Shown here in pieces: positions 28,427-37,701 of a stretch of 64,000 bases of DNA; within the stretch, counting starts at the first letter, position 1, and each line of letters begins with the position of its first letter. This stretch comes from a bacterium (GTDB lineage Bacteria > JAHJDO01). Where the stretch lies: contig JBDRTG010000047.1 of the NCBI GenBank assembly GCA_043824255.1, positions 256,001-320,000 on the forward strand, given 5' to 3'. Made by a program: the position numbers and the translations under genes. The notes below the pieces were generated by a model, which made no database searches, was not told the origin of the DNA, and was given only the letters and a program-made list of their open reading frames with translations.

Positions 28427-28450
28427 AACAAGGGGTTGAAACCCCTTGTT
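28427..28450. repeat. REP-like palindrome AACAAGGGGTT-GA-AACCCCTTGTT
   Basis: Perfect 11-bp inverted repeat in an intra-operon spacer, no U-tract. Confidence 0.7.
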
Positions 28451-28464
28451 CACTTATTCTCCCA

Positions 28465-29496
28465 TTATCTGAATAATGATCTGTTCTTATTGACCCAGTC
28501 GGACAGTTTCTTTACTCCAGTTTCTACGTCTGTTTTGGGCTGCCATGCAAGCTCTTTTCTTGCTTTCTCAATGCTGCATACAAACACGGGCTGATCACCG
28601 GGCCGCCAATCACTGAAACTGTATTCTGTTTTTTTATTTAAGAATCTCTCAAGAAAGGAAATAAGTTCAAGCAAAGACATTTTATTACCAGGGCCACCGC
28701 CTATGTTATAGATTTTTCCGGAAGCAGCTTCTATATTCTCTATGGCTTTTTCATATGCATCAACTAAATCATCAATAAACAGTACGTCTCTAACCTGTTT
28801 CCCGTCTCCATAGATTGTAATTGGTTTATCCATTGATGCAGCTATTGTAAACCACGCAACCCAGCCCTGGTCTTCTACGCCAAATTGTCTGTATCCATAA
28901 ATGCAGCTCTGGCGCATAACAACAGTTCTCAGTCCGTATATTCTGGAATAATCTCTAACATACTGATCAGCTGCGCCCTTTGAGCAGCCATAAGGGGAAT
29001 GAAAATCCAATATTCTATTCTCAGAGATTCCCTCTGGCAGAGACTCGTATTCATATCTGCCGTTTCTTTCAATCACTTTTATGTCAGTCATCCCTCCATA
29101 AACCTTGTTTGTGGAAGCGTAAATAAATATTGGATTAAGCTTATTTTCTCTTACTGCTTCCAGAAGATTAAATGTGCCAAGCGCATTTATCTGGAAATCT
29201 TCTCTTGGTTCTAAAACAGAAGTTGTAACAGCTACCTGCGCAGCAAGATGAAGCACAACATCAATGCTATTTTCCCGAAAGCCTTTCGGGACAAAAATCT
29301 TCTTGACCTTTGCATAATCTCTGATATCACAATCTATGAACTCAAATTCTCCCTGTTTCCTGAGCCAGCCAAGATTATCTTTAGAACCCTTTCTTGAGAG
29401 ATTGTCCAGAACCGCTACCTCATACCCTTTGTCTATAAACCGTTTTGCAGCATTACAACCGATAAATCCGGCACCGCCTGTTATTAATATCTTCAA
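28465..29496 (-). CDS. rfbE: CDP-paratose 2-epimerase-like NAD-dependent epimerase (probable TTG start overlapping upstream stop)
   Basis: TGGAGFIG, HLAAQVAVTTS, STNKVYG, HSPYGCSKGAADQY, RQSCIYG, EDQGWVAWF. Confidence 0.8.
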   Translation of the reverse strand: MKILITGGAGFIGCNAAKRFIDKGYEVAVLDNLSRKGSKDNLGWLRKQGEFEFIDCDIRDYAKVKKIFVPKGFRENSIDVVLHLAAQVAVTTSVLEPREDFQINALGTFNLLEAVRENKLNPIFIYASTNKVYGGMTDIKVIERNGRYEYESLPEGISENRILDFHSPYGCSKGAADQYVRDYSRIYGLRTVVMRQSCIYGYRQFGVEDQGWVAWFTIAASMDKPITIYGDGKQVRDVLFIDDLVDAYEKAIENIEAASGKIYNIGGGPGNKMSLLELISFLERFLNKKTEYSFSDWRPGDQPVFVCSIEKARKELAWQPKTDVETGVKKLSDWVNKNRSLFR

Positions 29497-30479
29497 TCTT
29501 TGTACCATTTAATAGTTTCTCTAAGCCCCTTTTCCAGGCTGCAAACTGGTTTCCATCCCAGAAGCCTTTCTGCTTTGGTGCTTGACAGGTATTGATTGTT
29601 TATTTCTCCTTTGCTTTTACCCTTGCCTTTTATAACAGGCTTCAAAGACTTGCTTCCGGAAACCGCAATAATTTTCTTTACTAAATCCAATACTTTTACC
29701 GGACTATTTGACCCAAAATTAAATGCTTCACCTTTTATGCCTTTTTCATCAGCCTTTTCTGCAGCAATAAGATACGCACTAACTGCATCGTCAATATAGA
29801 TATAATCTCTTAGCGGGGTTCCATCGCTCCTGATAATTGGATCCTTATTCTGAAGAATAGATCTAATTGTGTCTGGAATAATTCTTGAGAAATTCAGGTC
29901 CCCGCCTCCATAAATATTAGCACATCTTGTTACAACAATCGGCATATCATATGTACAGGCATAAGTTCTCGCAAGTATGTCAGTACATGCCTTTGATGCA
30001 TCATATGGATGGAGTGCATTTAGCGAATAGGACTCTTTATATGGTAAATCTTGCTGCTCTCCATAAGCCTTATCACTGGATGCTATAACTATTCGCTCTA
30101 GCCCTATATTCCTTGCTGCCTCAAGAATATTCCATGTGCCCCTTATATTGGATTCAAATGTAGAAATAGGAGACTTATTTGCAATTCCCACTATTGTCTG
30201 CGCTCCAATGTGGAAGCATGAGTCTATATTGTGCTCATTAAAGATACGAGCTATAAGCTGATAATCTATAAGATCTCCCTTTACAACAGCTTCCAGGCTG
30301 TTATAAACATTTTTCATATTTGTCAGGACTGAGCCAGGGATCCAATCTCTAATCAAAACCACTACTCTTGCGCCAGAGTCAACCAATGCCTTTGTAAGCC
30401 ACGAGCCTAAAAATCCGTTTGCGCCTGTAATAAATACTCTTTTATTCTTCCAGAATTTCCTATCCGTTTCTTTACTCAT
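29493..30479 (-). CDS. CDP-glucose 4,6-dehydratase-like NDP-sugar dehydratase
   Basis: FWKNKRVFITGANGFLGSWL, ASSDKAYG, PYDASK, RCANIYGGGD; start MSKE with RBS GGAG. Confidence 0.8.
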   Translation of the reverse strand: MSKETDRKFWKNKRVFITGANGFLGSWLTKALVDSGARVVVLIRDWIPGSVLTNMKNVYNSLEAVVKGDLIDYQLIARIFNEHNIDSCFHIGAQTIVGIANKSPISTFESNIRGTWNILEAARNIGLERIVIASSDKAYGEQQDLPYKESYSLNALHPYDASKACTDILARTYACTYDMPIVVTRCANIYGGGDLNFSRIIPDTIRSILQNKDPIIRSDGTPLRDYIYIDDAVSAYLIAAEKADEKGIKGEAFNFGSNSPVKVLDLVKKIIAVSGSKSLKPVIKGKGKSKGEINNQYLSSTKAERLLGWKPVCSLEKGLRETIKWYKD

Positions 30480-30515
30480 ACCTTCTCCCATAATATGTTT
30501 TTAACAGTGTTGTGA

Positions 30516-30544
30516 ATTATATTATATTAAGCATGAAATAGCAA
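30516..30544 (-). promoter_or_regulatory. Putative promoter of the glycan locus
   Basis: TTGCTA-17nt-TAATAT. Confidence 0.4.
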
Positions 30545-30616
30545 TTTTAAAAGCAAGCAGGCACCCGATATCCATCGGAATAGAGTATTTTTAAACGGTG
30601 TTTAACAACAACTTTG

Positions 30617-30646
30617 TTGACAAACAAGAAATTATGTTGGAACATA
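30617..30646 (+). promoter_or_regulatory. Putative promoter with overlapping operator palindrome
   Basis: TTGACA at 30617; TATGTT-GG-AACATA at 30633-30646 over the expected -10. Confidence 0.45.
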
Positions 30647-30683
30647 TGGAACAATGAAAGGAGTCAATTTGAGGAGAAATAAA

Positions 30684-31490
30684 ATGACTAAATCTTCAAA
30701 ATATGACTTTCACATTCACACAAAATATTTAGGTTGTGGAAATTCCACGATGGAGGTCTCTTCTATTGTAAATGAATGTGAACGATTGGGAGTTACCTCC
30801 ATGGCGATAACAGACCATCTGAACTCCCTTGATAAGTTGCAACTTCATGTCCCTATCCGAAAAGATATTGAAAAATTAGATACGAAGATAAAAGTTTATT
30901 TTGGTGTGGAATCGAATTTTACTGGATATAACAAGGAATTTGCTTTCAACCAGGAAGTCAAAGAGAAATATGGATTTCAGTTCGCAATAGGTGGGATACA
31001 CTCCACGTACCTGAAGAAATATGACATAAAGAAGCTGGTTGATACTCAACACAAACATCATTTAAAAACATGTCAAGATCCTCTTGTTCAGGTCCTGGTA
31101 CATCCGTATTGGTTTGGGAAAGGTGAATTTGACAAAAATGGATGGCCATGGTTCAATTCAATGAAAGCTGTTTCCGAGACCTATGTGCGAGAGCTTGGAC
31201 AGGTCGCAAGAGAAACAGGGACTGCTATAGAGATAAATGGGTGTGCCAATCTGAAGAATCCAGCATTTAGCCAGGACTATGTGAAAGAATATTTTGATTA
31301 CCTGTCAATTCTTGCAGAGGAAGGAGTTATTTTCTGTTTGGGGTCAGACGCTCATGACATCAGCCGTCTTGCAATGATCCAAGATGTCTGGCAAGTCGTG
31401 GGACGACTTAATTTATCTCCAGACCGAATCTGGCAGCCTGAATGTAAACCTATGGTCGGTGGGACGGCAAGAGATGTTCCTATCTCATAA
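30684..31490 (+). CDS. PHP domain phosphoesterase (histidinol-phosphatase-like)
   Basis: DFHIHT, ITDH, GVE, HP, EIN, GSDAH; start MTKSS with RBS GAGGAG. Confidence 0.88.
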   Translation: MTKSSKYDFHIHTKYLGCGNSTMEVSSIVNECERLGVTSMAITDHLNSLDKLQLHVPIRKDIEKLDTKIKVYFGVESNFTGYNKEFAFNQEVKEKYGFQFAIGGIHSTYLKKYDIKKLVDTQHKHHLKTCQDPLVQVLVHPYWFGKGEFDKNGWPWFNSMKAVSETYVRELGQVARETGTAIEINGCANLKNPAFSQDYVKEYFDYLSILAEEGVIFCLGSDAHDISRLAMIQDVWQVVGRLNLSPDRIWQPECKPMVGGTARDVPIS

Positions 31491-31983
31491 GTGATATTAT
31501 TTGTTTCGCAACATCCGAAGTGGACAGTTCCGAAGTGTCTATTATATAATCTGCGTCTTTTTCGTATTTTTCTTTTCTTTGTATGAGAACCTCTTCTATT
31601 TCATCTACAAAGCTCTTTCCATCTGTTAAAGATGGCCTATGTGTTCCGTGTTTTATCCTTTTTACAATTGTAGTAATATCTGCCTTAAGCCAGAACACTT
31701 TGCTGTTTTTTCTGAGATTTTTTACATTCTTATCACGCAGGATTACTCCGCCGCCTGTGTCAATAATGTAGTTATCAAGACTAGAAACTTGTTCCGCAAT
31801 TTCAGATTCCATATCCCTGAACCTGTCCCATCCAAATTTCTCAACGATCTCTGGAATTGACATGCCTGCTTTTTTTGTGATTTCCTCATCCATATTAAGT
31901 ACAGGCAGTTTCAATTCTTTACTCAGCACTCTTGCAACGCTGGATTTGCCACTACCTCTATAACCAATCAGAACAATATTCAT
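31480..31983 (-). CDS. aroK: Shikimate kinase
   Basis: GYRGSGKS, FRDME, TGGG, RPSL. Confidence 0.93.
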   Translation of the reverse strand: MNIVLIGYRGSGKSSVARVLSKELKLPVLNMDEEITKKAGMSIPEIVEKFGWDRFRDMESEIAEQVSSLDNYIIDTGGGVILRDKNVKNLRKNSKVFWLKADITTIVKRIKHGTHRPSLTDGKSFVDEIEEVLIQRKEKYEKDADYIIDTSELSTSDVAKQIISLMR

Positions 31984-33254
31984 TACTCGGAAAACTCTAC
32001 GTGCGGGTTGTTGCCATAGATTATATTAACGGGCCTGCCTTTGTGGAGAATTGACATTCTACCTGCTTCCATAACAAGTTCATTGATATAACTGTTTCGA
32101 GGTGTGGCAATTATGCCTTTTTCGTCTATGCTTTTAAGCATCTCTCTTTTTCTTTCCAGAGCGTCTTGCTTCGACATTTGGGCAGTTCCATTATTGATGA
32201 AGTGTGCCGATTTTACAATCGCTTCAACTGAATCATATCCATAGCCAACTGGTTTCAGCCCTTCTCCCTCCCATGGAACAAGTTTGAAATAATCCGGACT
32301 TGCAAAATTATAAAGCGTGCCTCCTGGACCTGGATCCTTAACAAAGGAGTGTGTAACACCTCTATTCTGGTCATTATGTCTTATGAGAGCTCCTTTTTTC
32401 CCATCATCACAAAAGAGTGTAATCCCCTGGTCATTGCTTCCCGCACCATCGTCAGGATATCCGAGACCATCAACAACGTTGAGTATGCCCCCATTCTCAA
32501 ATACCACTCTTCCACTTGTCCACATATATCCAATCTTTCCATTCGGGAATTTCCCCTCTATTCCAATGACTGAAATATTTACCGGCTTCAGTCCTGTCAT
32601 AAAATAAACCTGGTCCACATAATGACATCCTACATATGTGAATGGGTCAGAGTTCTCTTTAACAAACCAGTTCTGAAAATTGGAGTTTCTATAAAACCAT
32701 GGTTCCACCATTCTGGCCTCACCCACTTTAAACTCGCCAAATCTTCCTGAAGCATAGTCGCCTTTTACAAGCAGAGCACGTCTGTCAAACCTCTTGTGAT
32801 ATTCTATTCCTATAAAAAGCCCTTTTTTATACGCAAGTTTTTCAATTTCACAGGACTGAGAGTATTTTAGAACAAGCGGTTTTACGCAAAGTATATGCTG
32901 AGAAGCAGCTATAGCTTCCTTTATTACATCATAATGAAACTGGTCTGGCACAGCTACAACTACCACATTGTAAGGCTGCATTTCCCTGATAACCTCCCTG
33001 AACTCATTGGGAAACATTTTCTTCGGAGACTCCGATATATCAGGACGAGCTCTAAACCCGAAACATGGAAATGCTTTTTTGAATGTTTCAGAATCTGCCA
33101 AAGCCTTCAGTGGAACAGAATTCAAGGCGCATATCGTAATATCACTAACTATGCCTATACGCTTTAAATGATAAATTGACGGTAACAGCTGATCATGAGT
33201 GATCATACCTCCGCCAATAATTGCAACCTTAAGTTTATCATTTCTTGGAGTCAT
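31983..33254 (-). CDS. Gfo/Idh/MocA family oxidoreductase
   Basis: IIGGG, VAVPDQFH, CVKP, YHKRFD, GCHYVD; start MTPR with RBS AGGAG. Confidence 0.85.
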   Translation of the reverse strand: MTPRNDKLKVAIIGGGMITHDQLLPSIYHLKRIGIVSDITICALNSVPLKALADSETFKKAFPCFGFRARPDISESPKKMFPNEFREVIREMQPYNVVVVAVPDQFHYDVIKEAIAASQHILCVKPLVLKYSQSCEIEKLAYKKGLFIGIEYHKRFDRRALLVKGDYASGRFGEFKVGEARMVEPWFYRNSNFQNWFVKENSDPFTYVGCHYVDQVYFMTGLKPVNISVIGIEGKFPNGKIGYMWTSGRVVFENGGILNVVDGLGYPDDGAGSNDQGITLFCDDGKKGALIRHNDQNRGVTHSFVKDPGPGGTLYNFASPDYFKLVPWEGEGLKPVGYGYDSVEAIVKSAHFINNGTAQMSKQDALERKREMLKSIDEKGIIATPRNSYINELVMEAGRMSILHKGRPVNIIYGNNPHVEFSE

Positions 33255-33276
33255 AATTTTTTCTCCTGAGTTCAAC

Positions 33277-34653
33277 CTATCTCATTACCTTATCAAGTGT
33301 TTCCTTAATGCCAGCTTTTCCATATAAGCCGTCATCTATCGCCTCTTTTGTTATACAAAGTGGTGGACAAAATTTGATAGCACCATAACCCTTGCCTACA
33401 GGTGCAAAGAACAAGTTTCCGGAAAGGAAGCACTGTTCACAAAACCTGAACGCTGTATCTGCATCCGGCACAAGGTCTTCTCTATTATTAAAAAAGAGCA
33501 TACCTATAACCAGCCCAATCCCCCCAACATCAATTCTTCCTCTATATGGCTCTGTAATCTCAGTCAGTTTCCCTTTCAGGTAATTACCCATATTTGCTGC
33601 GTTCTCAATTAAACCTTCTTCAAGCAGTACACTTATGCTGGCAATAGATGCAACTGCAGGTAAAGGACTTCCTGTGTGAGTACTTGTCATTTCTCCAGGA
33701 CCATACTGATCCATATACTCAGCTCTTCCAATAACAGCTGAAAGCGGGAGCGAACTTGTAATTCCCTTACCGCAGCAAACCATATCAGGAACTACTCCAT
33801 AATGCTCAAAAGCAAAAAGTTTGCCTGTCCTCCCAAAACCTGCCTGCACCTCGTCAAAAATAAGTGCTGCATTATTCTCATCACACCATTCTCTTAATGA
33901 CCTGACATACTCAACAGGCATAAGTTTTGCCTCTCTTCCCTGAAAGGTCTCCACAATAACCCCTGAAACATCACATGAAGCAATATTCAGCTTCTGTAAC
34001 CTCCTTGTAAATACATCAAAGCTTTTGTCTTTTACTTCAACACTTCCCGGGAAAGGCACCTGTGCAAAATATGGATTTTCGTCAACCCATTCAGCGCCTC
34101 CCAACACACCGCCTGCTAATTGGGCTCCGTATGTTCTGCCGTGAAAAGCGCCCTGAAAGCTGATAATGTAACGTTTTTTTGAGTTAATTCTTATTCCATG
34201 AGTTCTTGCCAATTTCATAGAGACTTCTACAGCCTCGGAACCTGTTGTAAGAAGGAATACCTTATTCAGTTCTGATGGAGAAATCTCAATAAGCTTCTCA
34301 GCAAGATCTGCTCTTATCTCATTAGGAAAGCAATATGTGTGAAGCGGACCTTTGGTTTGAAGATAATCCAGTAAAGCTTTTTTTATTTTTGGATGCCCAT
34401 GTCCTACACTTGTAACAAGTACGCCTGAACTCCAATCCAACCACTTATTTCCATATCCATCCTCAATATTAACACCTTCTACTTTATGCCATACTACAGG
34501 AGCCTGCCCTCTCATTGACCTTGATTCATTGGTTCTGAGTTTGTTTAATATAGGTATAGACTCAGGAGCTGGAATCTTGGTAATAATCTTTCTGTAAGGT
34601 GTTTCTATAAATGGAACTTTTCTTGGTTCAAGTGGAAATTCTTTTGCTGCCAT
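33277..34653 (-). CDS. Class III PLP aminotransferase
   Basis: GHGHP, TGSEAVE, AFHGRT, FDEVQAGFGRTG, GKG, STH. Confidence 0.9.
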   Translation of the reverse strand: MAAKEFPLEPRKVPFIETPYRKIITKIPAPESIPILNKLRTNESRSMRGQAPVVWHKVEGVNIEDGYGNKWLDWSSGVLVTSVGHGHPKIKKALLDYLQTKGPLHTYCFPNEIRADLAEKLIEISPSELNKVFLLTTGSEAVEVSMKLARTHGIRINSKKRYIISFQGAFHGRTYGAQLAGGVLGGAEWVDENPYFAQVPFPGSVEVKDKSFDVFTRRLQKLNIASCDVSGVIVETFQGREAKLMPVEYVRSLREWCDENNAALIFDEVQAGFGRTGKLFAFEHYGVVPDMVCCGKGITSSLPLSAVIGRAEYMDQYGPGEMTSTHTGSPLPAVASIASISVLLEEGLIENAANMGNYLKGKLTEITEPYRGRIDVGGIGLVIGMLFFNNREDLVPDADTAFRFCEQCFLSGNLFFAPVGKGYGAIKFCPPLCITKEAIDDGLYGKAGIKETLDKVMR

Positions 34654-34683
34654 ATAGTCCCCCTTTCTACTACTAAAAATATA

Positions 34684-35526
34684 TCACAAAACCTGGCATG
34701 CTTCCCTCATCACTTTGATTGGTGCTGGCTTACCTGTCCAGAGTTCAAATTGCAGAGCTGCTTGATAGATGAACATGTCAATTCCTGATATCACAACACA
34801 TCCAGTATCTTCTGCATCTATGATAAGACGTGTCTTAAGAGGGGTGTAAATAATATCAAAAACTGTTAATGAACTCCTTAATAATCTCTTTGGAACAGGT
34901 GTGTCATTAATTTTTGGATGCATTCCAACAGGTGTGCATTGTATTAAAATATCGACATCCTGCAGCCGCTTTTCGAGAGACTTCTCATTTGTAATGAATC
35001 CCTTAGCCTGAGAAATCCTTTTAGTAGAAGATATATCCTGAACTAGTTTGTCTATTTCTTTTTGTATGATTCCACCAATTACAAGAGATGCAGGTCTTTC
35101 TTTCATAATAAGTGTAAATGCAATTGCTCGCGCAGCACCGCCAGAGCCCAAAATTAAGATTCTTTTACCCTTAATATCAACACCCTTTTCTTTTAACGAA
35201 CGTACTGCTGCAGTTCCATCAGTGGTGTATCCTTTTAGATTTCTGTTTTCATTAACAATGGTATTAACTGAACCTATTCTATCTGCAACTTCATCAATCT
35301 CATCAAGATATTTTATTATTTCTACTTTATGGGGAATTGTAACGCTTATGCCTTTTATGCCTAGTTCTCTTATACCTGCTATTGCAGAGGATACATCCCG
35401 AACTCTAAATGCAAGGTAAACATAATTAAGTCCAAGATGATCAAACGCTGCATTATGTATGGCAGGGGATAAGGAATGTTCTATAGGATTCCCAATAACA
35501 GCACAAAGTTGAGTCTTTGCATCCAT
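34684..35526 (-). CDS. aroE: Shikimate dehydrogenase
   Basis: HSLSP, SVTIPHK, SVNT, TDG, GSGGAARA, QAALQFELW. Confidence 0.95.
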   Translation of the reverse strand: MDAKTQLCAVIGNPIEHSLSPAIHNAAFDHLGLNYVYLAFRVRDVSSAIAGIRELGIKGISVTIPHKVEIIKYLDEIDEVADRIGSVNTIVNENRNLKGYTTDGTAAVRSLKEKGVDIKGKRILILGSGGAARAIAFTLIMKERPASLVIGGIIQKEIDKLVQDISSTKRISQAKGFITNEKSLEKRLQDVDILIQCTPVGMHPKINDTPVPKRLLRSSLTVFDIIYTPLKTRLIIDAEDTGCVVISGIDMFIYQAALQFELWTGKPAPIKVMREACQVL

Positions 35527-35592
35527 GCACCCTATATAGCATAATGCTCAGTAAATATCAACTTTGGAACAATCATAAAAACAAGAATATTC

Positions 35593-35620
35593 TTTACGAA
35601 TTTTCATTTTTTGGTATAAT
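35593..35620 (+). promoter_or_regulatory. Extended -10 promoter for ferredoxin
   Basis: TTTACG-16nt-TATAAT with TG at the extended -10 position. Confidence 0.55.
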
Positions 35621-35658
35621 TCCTAACGTGATAAAAACTTAACAGGAGGACTTAGATT

Positions 35659-35847
35659 ATGAAAGTTAGTATCAATAAAGAAGATTGTGTTGGATGCGGG
35701 ATATGCGCAGATGACTGTCCTGATGTTTTTGAAATGCCGGAAGACATTGCTGCAGTTAAAGCAGAAGAAGTGCCAAAAAATCTAGTTACTGCAGTAAAGG
35801 AAGCTGTCGAAAACTGTCCGGTTGATGCAATCATTATTTCAGAATAA
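35659..35847 (+). CDS. Monocluster ferredoxin
   Basis: CVGCGIC...CPDVF...CPVDAI; RBS AGGAGG. Confidence 0.93.
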   Translation: MKVSINKEDCVGCGICADDCPDVFEMPEDIAAVKAEEVPKNLVTAVKEAVENCPVDAIIISE

Positions 35848-35851
35848 AAAG

Positions 35852-36610
35852 TTGAAAAAATACGCAAGATTCTCAATTGATGGCAATTCCTTCAAATATG
35901 GTTTGGTTGAGAATGATGTTATTATAGAAATAGACGGTAATGTTTTTACAGGATTCAAAGTTACTGAGAAAAAATACAGTATTAAGAATACAAAGATACT
36001 GGCTCCATGTTTACCCGGCAAAGTAGTTGCTGTAGGACTCAATTACATAGACCATGCAAAAGAACTTGGCATGAGAGTACCTGACGAGCCTGTTTTATTT
36101 ATGAAACCAAGTACTTCTGTTATAGGACCTGACGATAATATTATATTTCCAAAAATGAGCAGGCGTGTAGATTATGAAGCAGAATTGGCAGTAGTAATCA
36201 AAGATAAAACGAAAAACATTCAGCCTGAAGAAGCGCACACCCATATATTTGGATATACATGCTTAAATGATGTTACTGCGCGAGATCTTCAAAAAAAAGA
36301 CGGGCAATGGACAAGAGCTAAATCATTTGATACCTTCTGCCCTATAGGCCCATACATTGTAACAGATATAAACCCTGATAATCTAAAAATAGCACTTTTC
36401 TTAAACGGACAATTAAAGCAATCATCCACTACAAGCAACTTAATTTTCAATGTTCAAAAACTTGTAAGTTTCATCTCAAAAGTCATGACCCTTTTCCCTG
36501 GAGATATAATAGCGACAGGCACTCCCTCCGGGATAGGTCCCATGAAACGCAAAGACAAGGTGGAAGTAGTTATTGAGAAAGTCGGAAGATTAAGGAATTT
36601 TGTGATATAA
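35852..36610 (+). CDS. Fumarylacetoacetate hydrolase family protein (probable TTG start)
   Basis: VGLNY, FMKP, DYEAEL, NDVTARD, AKSFDTFCPIGP, TGTP. Confidence 0.92.
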   Translation: MKKYARFSIDGNSFKYGLVENDVIIEIDGNVFTGFKVTEKKYSIKNTKILAPCLPGKVVAVGLNYIDHAKELGMRVPDEPVLFMKPSTSVIGPDDNIIFPKMSRRVDYEAELAVVIKDKTKNIQPEEAHTHIFGYTCLNDVTARDLQKKDGQWTRAKSFDTFCPIGPYIVTDINPDNLKIALFLNGQLKQSSTTSNLIFNVQKLVSFISKVMTLFPGDIIATGTPSGIGPMKRKDKVEVVIEKVGRLRNFVI

Positions 36611-37701
36611 TTGTTATATGCCAAGAAGGAATCAAAACATGAATTCAAAAAAACGAGTTTTGACTGCACTAAACTGGCGGGAACCTGATCGTGTTCCTGT
36701 TCAGATATATCTTACACCTGAGATAAAATCTAAGCTAATTGAGCATTTCAACGGGAAGGATATTCTTGATGCACTAGGCGTGGATTTTAGGCATGTTAGC
36801 CCAAAATACCGTGGGAAATTACGTGAATCTTACGATGGCATTACTTATGACATGTGGGGATCTGGTTATAAACATATCAAGCATGGCAGTGCTGGTACTT
36901 ATGATGAAGCAGTCGTTCTACCCCTTGCAGAACTGAAAACTATGGATGATGTTGAGAACTACCCATGGCCAACTCCCGATGATTTTGATTATTCCGTCAT
37001 ACCAGAGCAGTGTGAGAGATTTCATAATTTTGCCATCTGCCTGGGAGGAGGAGGATATCCCGATATAGTTAATGGAGTCTCCCGTGGCAGAGGCATGGAG
37101 CAGGTTCTGATAGATATTGCCCTGCGAGATGACGTTGGAATGGCTATAATCAATAAGCGCGTGGATATTTGTTATGAAGTACTGCGCCGTGGTCTGGAAG
37201 CAGCCAATGATAAAGTAGACATTCTATGCTTGGGTGAGGATACAGGCAATCAAAACGGAAGAATGGTATCTCCAAAAGACTTTGACGAAGTTTTCAGACC
37301 ACGTCTTAAACGATTCTATAATCTTGCTCATGAATTTGAGGCAAAAGCAATGATGCATTCATGTGGTGATACACATGAAATAATGCCAACATTTATTGAG
37401 ATGGAGCTTGATATTCTTGATGCAATGCAACCTGAACCTGCTGGAATGGATCCTGAAACAATAAGAAATGCATGCAAAGGTAAACTGGCTTTTTGTGGAC
37501 TCATCAGCACCCAGCAGACGCTTCCACATGGCAGTATAGAAGATTGCCGAGCAGAAGCACGCCACAGACTTGATGTTATAGCAAAAGGTGGCGGATATAT
37601 TTTTTCTCCTGCACATTGTATTCAACCAGATACTCCACTTGAAAATATTCTGGCAATCTACGAAGAGGCACTTGCGAAAAAACTAATATAGCATATAACA
37701 A
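36611..37701 (+). mobile_element. Integron-cassette-like unit: gene bounded by TTGTTATATGC / GCATATAACAA
   Basis: Perfect 11-bp inverted repeat abutting the two stop codons, with GTT/AAC core-site triplets; no integrase in window. Confidence 0.45.
36639..37691 (+). CDS. Uroporphyrinogen decarboxylase family (MtaA/CmuA-like) protein
   Basis: PDRVP, RGME, GEDTGNQ, HSCG, GGYIFSPAHCIQPDTPLEN. Confidence 0.85.
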   Translation: MNSKKRVLTALNWREPDRVPVQIYLTPEIKSKLIEHFNGKDILDALGVDFRHVSPKYRGKLRESYDGITYDMWGSGYKHIKHGSAGTYDEAVVLPLAELKTMDDVENYPWPTPDDFDYSVIPEQCERFHNFAICLGGGGYPDIVNGVSRGRGMEQVLIDIALRDDVGMAIINKRVDICYEVLRRGLEAANDKVDILCLGEDTGNQNGRMVSPKDFDEVFRPRLKRFYNLAHEFEAKAMMHSCGDTHEIMPTFIEMELDILDAMQPEPAGMDPETIRNACKGKLAFCGLISTQQTLPHGSIEDCRAEARHRLDVIAKGGGYIFSPAHCIQPDTPLENILAIYEEALAKKLI

